Of a stretch of 64,000 bases of DNA, positions 35,998-45,169 are shown one piece after another; the first letter of the stretch is position 1; each line of letters begins with the position of its first letter. The position numbers and the translations under genes are program-made. A model generated the notes under the pieces. That model saw only the letters and a program-made list of their open reading frames with translations, ran no database searches and had not been told where the DNA came from. This DNA is from a virus: IMG/VR virus record IMGVR_UViG_3300034008_000032. The stretch is one strand, 5' to 3'.

Positions 35998-36014
35998 CCT
36001 GCCAAAATTGACAC
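35998..36014 (+). promoter_or_regulatory. operator/-10 element without a TTG -35
   Basis: TGC-CAAAAT-TGACAC, then a short leader with AAGGAAGGGGG SD. Confidence 0.55.
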
Positions 36015-36045
36015 AACATCACCCCACAAGGAAGGGGGTTGAGGC

Positions 36046-36462
36046 ATGACCACCTCACCCACAGATCACACCGAGACCGCCGACCAGGCTGTGCGTCAGT
36101 CCGCCTGGGATAAGGCGTTGTGGCTGCACGATCAGATGACGGACGCGCTGGCCAGGGCCGCGGGGGGCCCGGGCGGCGCCGGCTACCGTGACCCGCACGC
36201 AGCCGGTGACGCCGGCGAGTTCCGCACCCGGCTGTACGCCATCATCACCGAGCACGACTTTTGGGACACCCGGGTGGACCCGCTGGGGCTGTCCTACTTC
36301 GAGCGCCGGGCCGCAGCATGGCTGCTGCCTGACGTGGACCGTGCCCACTGCACCCACGACAGCGCCACCTGCGAGGTCCACTGGGGCCGTCGTTTCGTGG
36401 GCGCCGGCGGCGGACCGTGCAGAGACGGCCGGACCTCGGCCACCGAGGCTGGTGTCCTGTGA
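36046..36462 (+). CDS. hypothetical protein
   Basis: SD present; ORF track. Confidence 0.7.
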   Translation: MTTSPTDHTETADQAVRQSAWDKALWLHDQMTDALARAAGGPGGAGYRDPHAAGDAGEFRTRLYAIITEHDFWDTRVDPLGLSYFERRAAAWLLPDVDRAHCTHDSATCEVHWGRRFVGAGGGPCRDGRTSATEAGVL

Positions 36463-37454
36463 CCGCCGCGAAAGGTACAGACGTAGCCACCCTGTTGGAG
36501 CCGGTGTCCCCCGATGACCCGCGCTGGGCTGCGCTGCGCGCCGAGTTTCCTCCGGACGAGTTGGAGCACAAGCCGCAGCCGGTGGGTAAGGCGAAGCAGG
36601 GCGAGCAGCGCAACATGCGCGGCAAGTGCGAGCCTGGACGCCGTGACCCCGACAACTGGCCCATCAGCGCAGACGAGTACTTCTGCGGCGGCTACCACGC
36701 ACGGTCAGTGCACCTGGCGTACGTGGGCCATGCGGGGCTGAAAATGCGCCTCAACGATGTGGTGGGACCGGCGCTGTGGGAGTGGGAGCCGCTGGCGCTG
36801 ACCCCGACGGGGCTGCCGCTGTTCAGTGACGGCGGCATGTGGATCAGGCTCACCATCATGGGCTACTCGAAGATCGGCTTCGGTGACGCGCAGGGCAAGA
36901 ACGGCCCGGACGCTATCAAGGAAATCATCGGGGACGCGCTGCGGAATGCTGCGCAGCAGTTCGGCATCGCCACCTACCTGTGGGGCAAGTCGGATCGGGC
37001 GCTACTGATGCGCGAGTACGAGCCGCCGCCGGCTGGGGCTGTGGACCGCCGCGACGAGCCGACGCACCCCGAGGGTGCCAGCCACCCCGGCGAGGGTGCG
37101 TATGGACCTGGGGACGCGGTGCGGACTGGGGTTGTGCAGTATCAGGAGTCGGACCCGCGGCAGCCTGCAGCGCAGCCCGCCGAGCAGTCGGCGCAGCAGC
37201 AGGCAAGCGATGCGCTGGCGCAGGCGCGTGCCCGGCACCGGGCAGCCATCGCCAAGGCGCACCCGGACTGGGACAACACCAGGAAGGGCGACGAGATTGC
37301 CCGCATGCTGGCTGAGCGGAACACCGCCGGCGGCTGGCCGGTGGACATGAACACCGCCACAGTGGAGGACTGGAACTACCTGACGCAGTTCTGGAACGAC
37401 AGCGCGGATGCTGCCGCGCTGTCACAGCCACAACCCGAGGCGGTGCAGGGATGA
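36459..37454 (+). CDS. Rad52/Sak-like single-strand annealing protein
   Basis: YVGHAGLKMRLNDV...MWIRLTI...KEIIGDALRNAAQQFGIATYLW. Confidence 0.85.
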   Translation: MTAAKGTDVATLLEPVSPDDPRWAALRAEFPPDELEHKPQPVGKAKQGEQRNMRGKCEPGRRDPDNWPISADEYFCGGYHARSVHLAYVGHAGLKMRLNDVVGPALWEWEPLALTPTGLPLFSDGGMWIRLTIMGYSKIGFGDAQGKNGPDAIKEIIGDALRNAAQQFGIATYLWGKSDRALLMREYEPPPAGAVDRRDEPTHPEGASHPGEGAYGPGDAVRTGVVQYQESDPRQPAAQPAEQSAQQQASDALAQARARHRAAIAKAHPDWDNTRKGDEIARMLAERNTAGGWPVDMNTATVEDWNYLTQFWNDSADAAALSQPQPEAVQG

Positions 37455-38092
37455 CCGTCGAGGACATTGTGGACGCCGAGGTCATTGGGGACACGGCACC
37501 GGAGACGCGGAAGGACCGCGCCCGCCGGCTGCTACTGGAGGCCGCGATTTTGGACCGGCTGACCGCAGCCAACCGGGAGGCGCGGCGGGCCATCGCTGAC
37601 GAGTACGAGGCCAGTGACGCTGACGTGGCCTCGTATGAGGGTGTGCCGCTGGGCCGGGTGCGCATGGACAACGGCCGGGTCACGGTCAGTGTCACAGACC
37701 AGGCGTACGCGCTGCGGTGGGTGCAGGCCAACGCCCCCCATCAGGTGCAGGAGGATGTGGTGGTCACGGTCACCCCGGACGGGTTGGCGTGGCTGTCTGA
37801 GCATCACCCGGAGTGGCTGGTGGAGCAGGTGCTGTCCTGCGAGGTCCACCCGGCGTTCCTGACCGCGCTGGTGGCGCGGGTCAAGAAGGCGAAGGGTCAG
37901 TGGGTGACGAAGGACGGGCTGCCGGACGTTTGGACGGACCCGGACACCGGCGAGGAGTCCACGGGGCTGCCGCCGTTCATCGGCTACCGGCAGGGGGACC
38001 CCATCCTGAACGTCACCTTGTCCGATGAGGCGCCCGGCGTGGCGCTGCGGCTTCTGGCTGGACGGCTGCCCGAGTTGGAGGGCCTCTCGTGA
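37451..38092 (+). CDS. hypothetical protein
   Basis: ATGA overlap. Confidence 0.75.
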   Translation: MTVEDIVDAEVIGDTAPETRKDRARRLLLEAAILDRLTAANREARRAIADEYEASDADVASYEGVPLGRVRMDNGRVTVSVTDQAYALRWVQANAPHQVQEDVVVTVTPDGLAWLSEHHPEWLVEQVLSCEVHPAFLTALVARVKKAKGQWVTKDGLPDVWTDPDTGEESTGLPPFIGYRQGDPILNVTLSDEAPGVALRLLAGRLPELEGLS

Positions 38093-38289
38093 GAATGGGA
38101 ATCACCTTCTACCTGGTTGGGGGGCGCGTTGTTCACTGGGACATGCCGACCGCCCAAGGTGAGGCCATCCTCAACCTCATGCAGGCGGGGGCGCCGTGGG
38201 TGGCTATAGACGACCCAGACGATGGCACCACGCGCGCGCTGGCGCAGGCGCACATCACTTCGTTTGATGTGGTCCGTAACCGTGGCTAG
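38089..38289 (+). CDS. hypothetical protein
   Basis: GTGA overlap. Confidence 0.6.
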   Translation: MRMGITFYLVGGRVVHWDMPTAQGEAILNLMQAGAPWVAIDDPDDGTTRALAQAHITSFDVVRNRG

Positions 38290-38698
38290 CACCGACGCTG
38301 CGCTGCGTTACATACGCGGCCACTACGGGGTGCCGGCCCGCCGCGGGCAGCGCATCCTGTACACCGACACCGCCGGCCAGGGCATGCTGGGCACCATCAC
38401 CGGTGGGTCCGGCGCGCACCTGATTGTGCAGTTCGACAACCCAGCAGCGCAACGCCGGCAGCGGCTGCACCCCACCTGGCAGGTGCAGTACCTGGAACGC
38501 ATGTGGCGGTGCACAGCCTGTGGCAAGTGGTCGCATGCTGTCCGCCGGCCAAAATACCACCGGGTCACAGTGGTGGACGAGCCCGCCGAGGGCACTGCAC
38601 TCGAGTACCTGGCGGCCAGTCTGGACCCGGACGACCAGGACGCCTGGGTGGTGCCCTGCGGACCGTTTGTGCGCTACGAGGCGCGGCGGGCGGAGTGA
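38282..38698 (+). CDS. hypothetical protein
   Basis: YIRGHYGVPARRG...HPTW motif recalled from other phages. Confidence 0.65.
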   Translation: MASTDAALRYIRGHYGVPARRGQRILYTDTAGQGMLGTITGGSGAHLIVQFDNPAAQRRQRLHPTWQVQYLERMWRCTACGKWSHAVRRPKYHRVTVVDEPAEGTALEYLAASLDPDDQDAWVVPCGPFVRYEARRAE

Positions 38699-39075
38699 GC
38701 GACGTGGATCGGGTCGCAGCCGCGCTGGCTGCGGCCACCCTGACGTACACCGACGAGGTTGACCTGCATGCTGACATGGCGCGGGTCATGGCTGCTGCTG
38801 GCATCCGTTTCCGGCGCGAGGTCACCCTGACCTACCCGGCGCCGGCCACCGCCCGCGGACGCATCGACTTCCTGACCGACAACGGCGCAGGCATCGAGGT
38901 CAAGGTGGCCGGCAGCCTGGCTGCTGCCACCCGCCAACTGCTGCGATACGCGCACAGCCCGGACGTGCGTGCGCTGCTGCTGGTGACCACCGTTGCCGCC
39001 CACCGCGGCATCCCACAGGTGCTGGCCGGCGTGCCAGTCACCCTCCACTCACTGACAGGACAGGGGCTGCGATGA
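38695..39075 (+). CDS. PD-(D/E)XK restriction-endonuclease-like protein
   Basis: REV...GRIDFL....GIEVK...QLLRYA. Confidence 0.75.
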   Translation: MSDVDRVAAALAAATLTYTDEVDLHADMARVMAAAGIRFRREVTLTYPAPATARGRIDFLTDNGAGIEVKVAGSLAAATRQLLRYAHSPDVRALLLVTTVAAHRGIPQVLAGVPVTLHSLTGQGLR

Positions 39076-40865
39076 CCACGCGCACCTACGGCAAGTACCG
39101 CTACATCTCGGAGGAGGAACTACCGGAGCATCTGCGGACCACCCGCCGCCGCGGGCACGCAGGCTACTGGGCGCTGCAGGCAGAGCCGGCTGTGTCCATG
39201 CGCGCCAAGCGCATGTTCGGCCGCGCCACCAGTGACCGCAAGGGGTATCTGCACTTCCGGCACACCGTGGAGACCGCCCGGGACCTGCAGTGGTTCATCG
39301 AGCGATACCCGCTGCAGCCCATGGATGACCAGTCCGCGGACATGCTGGCCATGGCCGCGAAGCAGCACCGCGAGGCCGAGGAGTTGGTGACCTCCATCCT
39401 GGCCGGGGACTACCAGCCGCACCTGAACGCTGACCCCACCGAGCGGGCCCGGGACTACCAGTTGGCGGCCATGCAACTGCTGCGCGCCGTGGGTGGGCTG
39501 CTACTGACAGACGAGGTGGGGCTGGGTAAAACGTTCACCGCAGCCCTCAACTTCCTGCACGACGACGGGCTGCCGGCGCTGGTGGTGGCACCCACCCACC
39601 TGGCGTCACACCGCGGCGGCCGGTGGGTGGAGGAACTGGACAGCCACTTCCCGTTCCTGCGCTACCACGTGATCCGCAAGGGCACCCCGTACACCAGTGC
39701 GGACCCGCGAAAGCATCGGCTGGAATTCGAGCAGGCGGACGTGCTCATCACCACCTACAACAAACTGGACGGGTGGGCTGACGCGCTGACGGGCCGGCTG
39801 AAGTACATCGTCTTCGACGAGGTACAAGACCTGCGGCGCGGCGCCGACTCCGCGAAGGGCGTCGCTGCCGCGCGCATCGCTGACAGTGTGCCGTACCGGC
39901 TGGGGCTGACCGCGACTCCTGTGTACAACTACGCCGGCGAGGCGTGGAACATTCTGGACGTCATCAACCCCGGCACCCTGGGCAGCATTGAGGAATTCAC
40001 CCGCGAGTGGGGGGCGCTGGCGTGGGGCAGCCACATCAAGGTGGCGAACCCGGCAGCGCTCGGCTCGTACCTGCGGGAGCAGGGCGTCATGCTGGGACGC
40101 ACCCGTAAGGACGTGGGCCGGGAGTTGCCGCAAACCATCAAGGTGACCGAGACCGTGGACAGTGACCCGGCTGCGCTGGACGCGGTGGCCGGTGACGCAG
40201 CAGCCATGGCCAGGCTGGTGCTGGACAGCAAGGCCGAGAAGTTCGAGCGGTTCAGGTCCGCCGGCGAACTGGACATGATGATGCGGCAGGCCACCGGCAT
40301 CGGCAAGGCGCCGTACGTGGCCGAGTTTGTGCGCATGCTGTGCGAGTCAGAGGGGCGGGTGGTGCTGTGGGGCTGGCATCGAGCCGTCTACGACATCTGG
40401 CTGCAGCGGCTGGCTGACCTGCGGCCGGTGCTGTACACCGGCAGCGAATCGCCTACACAGAAGGCTGCTGCGGTGGCGAAATTCACCAGCCCCCTCGAGG
40501 ATTGGGACGACCCAGACGCGGCCCGAGTGCTCATCATGTCGCTGCGGTCCGGGGCTGGGGTGGACGGGCTGCAGAAGCACGCACGGGTGGGTGTGTTCGG
40601 GGAGTTGGACTGGTCGCCGCAGGTCCACGAGCAGTGCATTGGCCGGCTGCGCCGTGACGGCATGGGCACAGACCCAGCACTGGCCTACTTCCTGGTGTCC
40701 GAGGAAGGGTCTGATCCGTCCATCGCGGAGGTGCTGCAGGTGAAGCGGCAGCAGGGCGAGCAGTTGGTGTCACCTGACGGGCGGCTGTTCGACAACGCCA
40801 CCTCGGATGTGAACCGCACCCGCCTGTTGGCTGAGGCTGCGCTGCGTAGGGCTGGTGGCCGATGA
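39072..40865 (+). CDS. SNF2-family helicase
   Basis: LLTDEVGLGKT, VFDEVQ, GLTATP, SLRSGAGVDGLQ, EQCIGRLRRDG. Confidence 0.92.
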   Translation: MTTRTYGKYRYISEEELPEHLRTTRRRGHAGYWALQAEPAVSMRAKRMFGRATSDRKGYLHFRHTVETARDLQWFIERYPLQPMDDQSADMLAMAAKQHREAEELVTSILAGDYQPHLNADPTERARDYQLAAMQLLRAVGGLLLTDEVGLGKTFTAALNFLHDDGLPALVVAPTHLASHRGGRWVEELDSHFPFLRYHVIRKGTPYTSADPRKHRLEFEQADVLITTYNKLDGWADALTGRLKYIVFDEVQDLRRGADSAKGVAAARIADSVPYRLGLTATPVYNYAGEAWNILDVINPGTLGSIEEFTREWGALAWGSHIKVANPAALGSYLREQGVMLGRTRKDVGRELPQTIKVTETVDSDPAALDAVAGDAAAMARLVLDSKAEKFERFRSAGELDMMMRQATGIGKAPYVAEFVRMLCESEGRVVLWGWHRAVYDIWLQRLADLRPVLYTGSESPTQKAAAVAKFTSPLEDWDDPDAARVLIMSLRSGAGVDGLQKHARVGVFGELDWSPQVHEQCIGRLRRDGMGTDPALAYFLVSEEGSDPSIAEVLQVKRQQGEQLVSPDGRLFDNATSDVNRTRLLAEAALRRAGGR

Positions 40866-41140
40866 GTGGGCCGCTGGCGCAGCCGGCCGCGCACAGGGTC
40901 ACCCTGGGCACGCTGCGGCATGTGGGGCGCGGGCTGGTGGTGCTGGTGGACGTGTGGCCCAGCGAGCGGTGGTGGGTGTGGCCGGTGTCCTGCCTGTCTG
41001 AGACGGTGGGGCGGGCCATCACCACAGCACGCGCAGCCGGCTACAAACTGGAGGTGGTGTGGGTCAGCGTTCGGCTGGACGAGGCGCACCCCTACCGGCT
41101 GCGCACAGTGACTGTGACAGGGAGGTTGGGGCATGCCTGA
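40862..41140 (+). CDS. hypothetical protein
   Basis: ATGA overlap. Confidence 0.55.
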   Translation: MSGPLAQPAAHRVTLGTLRHVGRGLVVLVDVWPSERWWVWPVSCLSETVGRAITTARAAGYKLEVVWVSVRLDEAHPYRLRTVTVTGRLGHA

Positions 41141-41492
41141 CGTTGTAAATCCGGTTCAGGTGGAGCAGCGCATTTTGTGGCTGGCGAACGCCATCGCTGA
41201 GGGGGTGGACGTGTGCAACCGCCACTACAAGGCGTACCTGGACGCGGACCGGGCGTACGACGCAGCCAAGGCGCGCGCCTACCTGGACGCGGACGGGTCC
41301 ATCAAGGCGAAGGAATGCGAGGCCGAGTTGGCTACCACTGACCTGCGGGCAGTGCTGGACGTAGCAGATGCCGCCTACCGCTACGCGGACCGCCGTGCGA
41401 AGGCACTCGAGTCTGAGTTGCGCGCCTGGCAGTCTGTGGGTGCCAGCGTCCGCGCCATGTACGGCGTGGCTGGCAGAGGGGAGCACACATGA
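41133..41492 (+). CDS. coiled-coil hypothetical protein
   Basis: GGGAGG SD; all-helical pattern. Confidence 0.75.
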   Translation: MPDVVNPVQVEQRILWLANAIAEGVDVCNRHYKAYLDADRAYDAAKARAYLDADGSIKAKECEAELATTDLRAVLDVADAAYRYADRRAKALESELRAWQSVGASVRAMYGVAGRGEHT

Positions 41493-41595
41493 TCGGAATC
41501 TACCGGGCCGGGTGGCCCAGCAGGCTACATCCGCCGCAGCGCGTTGGTCGCTGGTGGGTGTGGGTTGGCCCGTACGTGCTTGGGTGGAGGTGCTC

Positions 41596-41796
41596 GTGAA
41601 GTCGTCCGACATCCCCGATGCGCACGTGGTGGAGTTGGCTCGGCGGTGGGCGCACCAACCCGGCCAACCCGGCGTCGTGGCTGCGCTCGTAGCCGAGGGT
41701 GTGCCGGCCAAGTTGGCCGTACACAAGGTGGAGCGGCTCGTAGCACGTGGACTGCTCGACTACGGCGTGAGTCCTAACTACGCGTGGCCGGCGTGA
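41596..41796 (+). CDS. hypothetical protein
   Basis: GGAGG SD; GTGA overlap with the next gene. Confidence 0.65.
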   Translation: MKSSDIPDAHVVELARRWAHQPGQPGVVAALVAEGVPAKLAVHKVERLVARGLLDYGVSPNYAWPA

Positions 41797-42317
41797 AGCG
41801 CGGCGAGCCGATGCGGCGCACACCCCTGGCGCGCGGCACATCCTCGATGGCGCGCACCGCCATGAAGCGCACCAGCAGCAGCCGGCCAGCGCGCGCTGCT
41901 GTGCCGGCGCTGACGGACGCAGAGCAGGCGTGCCTGGACCGGGACGGGCAGACCTGCCAGCGGTGCCTGATATCGCTGTGGGGCATCATGGCCAGTAAGC
42001 ATCATCGCAAGCGGCGCCGCGAATATGACGCGGACCGGGTGGAGAACATTGTGCTGCTGTGCGGGTCCGGCAACACTGGTTGTCACGGGTTTGTCACCGA
42101 GCATCCGCGGACCGCCCGAGATGAGGGGTGGGTGGTGTGGTCCACCGGCAAGCCCGAGGAGGTTCCGTGCCTGACCGCGCCGGGCTGCACCGGCCGGAAG
42201 CCGGACAGTCCCGCCGGCTACCGCAGCATGAAGATGTTCCTGCCTGACGGCACCATGGTGGAGGACGCACTCATTGTGCTGCCGGGCACGGGCCCTATCT
42301 GGGAGGCGAGTGAATGA
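41793..42317 (+). CDS. HNH endonuclease
   Basis: RDGQTCQRC...HHRK...NIVLLCG...CHGFV. Confidence 0.85.
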   Translation: MKRGEPMRRTPLARGTSSMARTAMKRTSSSRPARAAVPALTDAEQACLDRDGQTCQRCLISLWGIMASKHHRKRRREYDADRVENIVLLCGSGNTGCHGFVTEHPRTARDEGWVVWSTGKPEEVPCLTAPGCTGRKPDSPAGYRSMKMFLPDGTMVEDALIVLPGTGPIWEASE

Positions 42318-42571
42318 GTGCAGGCGAGTGGGCGGTGCTGCTGGTTCTGTTTGGCATGGCGGGGCTGGCGCTGCTGGTGATGTTGGTGGGGCAGCACCTG
42401 CGGCACCTGCGGGCTGGGCCGCCGCGCGGGTGTCCTAGCGTGTCCACCCTGCACGGGACAGGCTACGACGCGCGCCCTGCAGGGCTGCTGTGTCACCGCC
42501 GGGCAGGGCACCGCTACAGCCACGCCGGCTTCTCGGCGGACGGCCGGCTGTGGACGTGGCCGCAGACGTGA
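42314..42571 (+). CDS. membrane-anchored hypothetical protein
   Basis: N-terminal TM helix. Confidence 0.65.
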   Translation: MSAGEWAVLLVLFGMAGLALLVMLVGQHLRHLRAGPPRGCPSVSTLHGTGYDARPAGLLCHRRAGHRYSHAGFSADGRLWTWPQT

Positions 42572-42921
42572 GGGCTGCGGAGGCGTGGGCGCTGCAGGCG
42601 GCTGCCATGGACGAGGACACCGAACTGCTGCCGAAGGTGCTGGACCTGGCCAAGACGCTGCGGTGGACGCTGCGCTTCCACGACTACGTACCGCTGCGGA
42701 ACGGGCGCGGATTCCTAGACCTGCTCATGCTGCACCCCGGCCGGGGGCTGGTGCTGGCCGCTGAGTTGAAGTCGCACCGGGGCCGGGTGACCCCCGAGCA
42801 GAACCTGTGGCTGGACGGCTGGCGCGCGGTCGCTGCTACCGCACCCAACGTGCTGGTGCACGTGTGGCGCCCCCTGGACTTGTTGGACGGAACCATCGCC
42901 AAGGTACTTGCGCGCACCTGA
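42568..42921 (+). CDS. VRR-NUC-like nuclease / resolvase
   Basis: GFLDLLML...AELKSHRGRVTPEQNLWL. Confidence 0.8.
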   Translation: MRAAEAWALQAAAMDEDTELLPKVLDLAKTLRWTLRFHDYVPLRNGRGFLDLLMLHPGRGLVLAAELKSHRGRVTPEQNLWLDGWRAVAATAPNVLVHVWRPLDLLDGTIAKVLART

Positions 42922-42943
42922 CCTGACATGCCAGAATAGACAC
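42908..42943 (+). promoter_or_regulatory. leaderless promoter/operator element
   Basis: TTGCGC-N15-TGC-CAGAAT-AGACAC-ATG(42944). Confidence 0.8.
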
Positions 42944-43210
42944 ATGACCACCACACAGTACCCCGTCCGCCGCATTGCCGGCACCGACTGCAGCGCCCGC
43001 CTGAGCCGGCGCAGCAACGACGGCAGCATCCGTGACTACGCAATCCTTGACGCCACAGGCGCCGTTATTGGCCTCGTGTCTTGGCACACCGCCCGGGTGG
43101 GCCGGTCCGCCGGCTACCACGAAGGCCGTGGCTGCTACAGCCACGACGTGCGGTGCTTCCGTAACCTGGCCGAGGCCGCCCACTACTTCGCAGGCCAGGT
43201 GACCGCGTGA
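42944..43210 (+). CDS. hypothetical protein (leaderless)
   Basis: Start defined by the promoter element. Confidence 0.7.
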   Translation: MTTTQYPVRRIAGTDCSARLSRRSNDGSIRDYAILDATGAVIGLVSWHTARVGRSAGYHEGRGCYSHDVRCFRNLAEAAHYFAGQVTA

Positions 43211-43524
43211 CCACCGCTGCGGACAGCCCGCAGGTGCAGGAACGAATCGCTGCGGCGCGGGCGGTGTTCGCCCGACACCCTGACTGGCCGGCGTCCACCC
43301 TGGCGATGATGCTGGTGGAGCAGTTGGACCCGGGCACCACGGTGTGGGTGCGCGGCGAGGCTGTCCGATACTGGCGGGTGGCGTGGCGGCGCGGCACAGC
43401 CCGACGTGGCCGACACATGGCGGTCTACACCAAGCCCGGCGAGGCGCGGCGCCCTGACGGCACCGCCACCCGGTACGTGGTCGACCCTGCGCAGGTCAGC
43501 CTGACCCCGCCGGCTACTTCGTAG
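43207..43524 (+). CDS. hypothetical protein
   Basis: GTGA overlap. Confidence 0.65.
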   Translation: MTTAADSPQVQERIAAARAVFARHPDWPASTLAMMLVEQLDPGTTVWVRGEAVRYWRVAWRRGTARRGRHMAVYTKPGEARRPDGTATRYVVDPAQVSLTPPATS

Positions 43525-43533
43525 CAGCGCGCG

Positions 43534-43935
43534 TCACGGCAGCGCGCGATACACCAGCACGTCCATGCGCAGATCGGTGTTGTTGTAGCGAGTGACTTGG
43601 TACGGCACGCAGGCGTTGGCGCTCCGCAGGTTGGTGTACCCGTAGCCGCGGGTGCCGAACTTTGACGGCGAGTTGACCCGGTACGAGGCGTACCCCACCG
43701 GGGACTGCTGGCCCGGGTAGAGGACGCGGTGTGGCGCATCGTAGGTGGTGCAGTTGGTGTCGCTCCACACGTTGATGGCGTAGATGGACTGGGTGCTGTT
43801 GTAGATGACGTTGACGTTGCAGGTGGACGATGGGCAGGGCCCTGCGTGGGCGGGGGTGACCGTGGCCAGGGTCAGCGGGACTGCGAGGGCTACTGCGGCG
43901 GCCATGCTGGCGGCGGCTCGGCGGGGTGATGTCAT
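43534..43935 (-). CDS. secreted Cys-containing protein
   Basis: Signal peptide (RR, hydrophobic core, AHA cleavage site); 4 Cys; beta-rich mature part; no credible + strand gene here. Confidence 0.75.
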   Translation of the reverse strand: MTSPRRAAASMAAAVALAVPLTLATVTPAHAGPCPSSTCNVNVIYNSTQSIYAINVWSDTNCTTYDAPHRVLYPGQQSPVGYASYRVNSPSKFGTRGYGYTNLRSANACVPYQVTRYNNTDLRMDVLVYRALP

Positions 43936-43961
43936 GCTTGACGGTATCTCTACCAGAGGGG

Positions 43962-43997
43962 TTGTGTCACCCCTGACAGGTATGCCACTATAGGTAC
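43962..43997 (+). promoter_or_regulatory. leaderless promoter/operator element
   Basis: TTGTGT-N15-TGC-CACTAT-AGGTAC-ATG(43998). Confidence 0.8.
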
Positions 43998-44813
43998 ATG
44001 ACCACCGCAGACACCCAAACCGACCCCACCGTCTACGTGGACCCGTGCCCTGGCATGAAGGGCACCGACACCATCGTCCGCACCTGCGGCAACTGCGGCG
44101 GTGACGGCGTCGTGCACTTCGGCCGCGTCGTCCTCGACGGCTACGTGCACGGAGAGCGCACCCAAGGACGCGTCTGCTTCGACTGCGACGGCAGCGGCAA
44201 GAACACCGTCAAGGTGTCCAGCCTGCGGGCCACCGCACACCGGCACGTCAAGCAGGCTGTGGCAGCCCGGGAGGCAGAAGTGCTGGCCGACATCAGCCGC
44301 GGCGCGTGGCGGCACAGCAGCCCCGATCTGGCGGCTGCGCTGGACCGGCTGAAGGTCATCGAGGACAGCAGCGGCTTCTACTGGTCGCTGTACCACCACG
44401 TCGGCAAGCACGGTGGGCTGACCGACAAGCAGGGCGAGGCGATGCTGCAGACTGTGGCTGACCACGACGCACGGGAGGCTGCGAAGGCTGCCGAACTGGC
44501 CGCGCAGTCCCCGGTGGTGACCGGCCGGCAGACCGTGACCGGCGAAGTGCTGGCCCGCAAGACGGTGGACGGCTACGCATACGGCAGCCTCGAGGTGAAA
44601 CTGCTGGTGCGCGACGACCGCGGCTTCAAGGTGTACGGCACCTGCCCCAAGTCTCTGCTGGGGGACTGGGTGGACGGCGAACTGGTGGGCAACGTCCAGA
44701 AGGGCGATCATGTCACCTTCGTGGCCACCCTCGAGGCCAGCCGTGACGACGAGGCGTTCGGCTTCTTCCGCCGGCCGACCGCGGCCAACATTGTGGCGGG
44801 GGCGCTGCTGTGA
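43998..44813 (+). CDS. DnaJ-type Zn finger plus OB-fold-like protein (leaderless)
   Basis: CGNCGGDG...CFDCDGSG; C-terminal VTGEVLARK...KVYGT...VTFVAT. Confidence 0.7.
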   Translation: MTTADTQTDPTVYVDPCPGMKGTDTIVRTCGNCGGDGVVHFGRVVLDGYVHGERTQGRVCFDCDGSGKNTVKVSSLRATAHRHVKQAVAAREAEVLADISRGAWRHSSPDLAAALDRLKVIEDSSGFYWSLYHHVGKHGGLTDKQGEAMLQTVADHDAREAAKAAELAAQSPVVTGRQTVTGEVLARKTVDGYAYGSLEVKLLVRDDRGFKVYGTCPKSLLGDWVDGELVGNVQKGDHVTFVATLEASRDDEAFGFFRRPTAANIVAGALL

Positions 44814-45169
44814 CGGACGATGCGGAGGAGCCGATGCTGTTCGGCGGCTTCCCCACCCCGGCGCCCGAGCCGCAACCCGAGCAGTCCACCGCCGACAGGC
44901 GGCGGGCTGCGTTGGAGCGGCGGCGGGCGAAGGTGGCCGCGCACATTGAGCGCGGCTTCCACCCGCTGCTGCTGGACGGACCGCACATGCCGCTGCTGGG
45001 CGTAGACAGGGACGGTGCCGGCCACACGTGCGGGGACTGCGTGCACCGTGTCTTGAAACGCCTGGGCGGCACGTACCCCAAGTGTGACCTGGGCCCGGTG
45101 ACTGGTGGGCCCGCCACTGACGTGTTGGCCCGCTGGCCGGCGTGTTACCGCTGGGAGGGGAAGGGCTGA
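44810..45169 (+). CDS. hypothetical Cys-containing protein
   Basis: TCGDCVH...YPKC...WPAC. Confidence 0.7.
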   Translation: MTDDAEEPMLFGGFPTPAPEPQPEQSTADRRRAALERRRAKVAAHIERGFHPLLLDGPHMPLLGVDRDGAGHTCGDCVHRVLKRLGGTYPKCDLGPVTGGPATDVLARWPACYRWEGKG

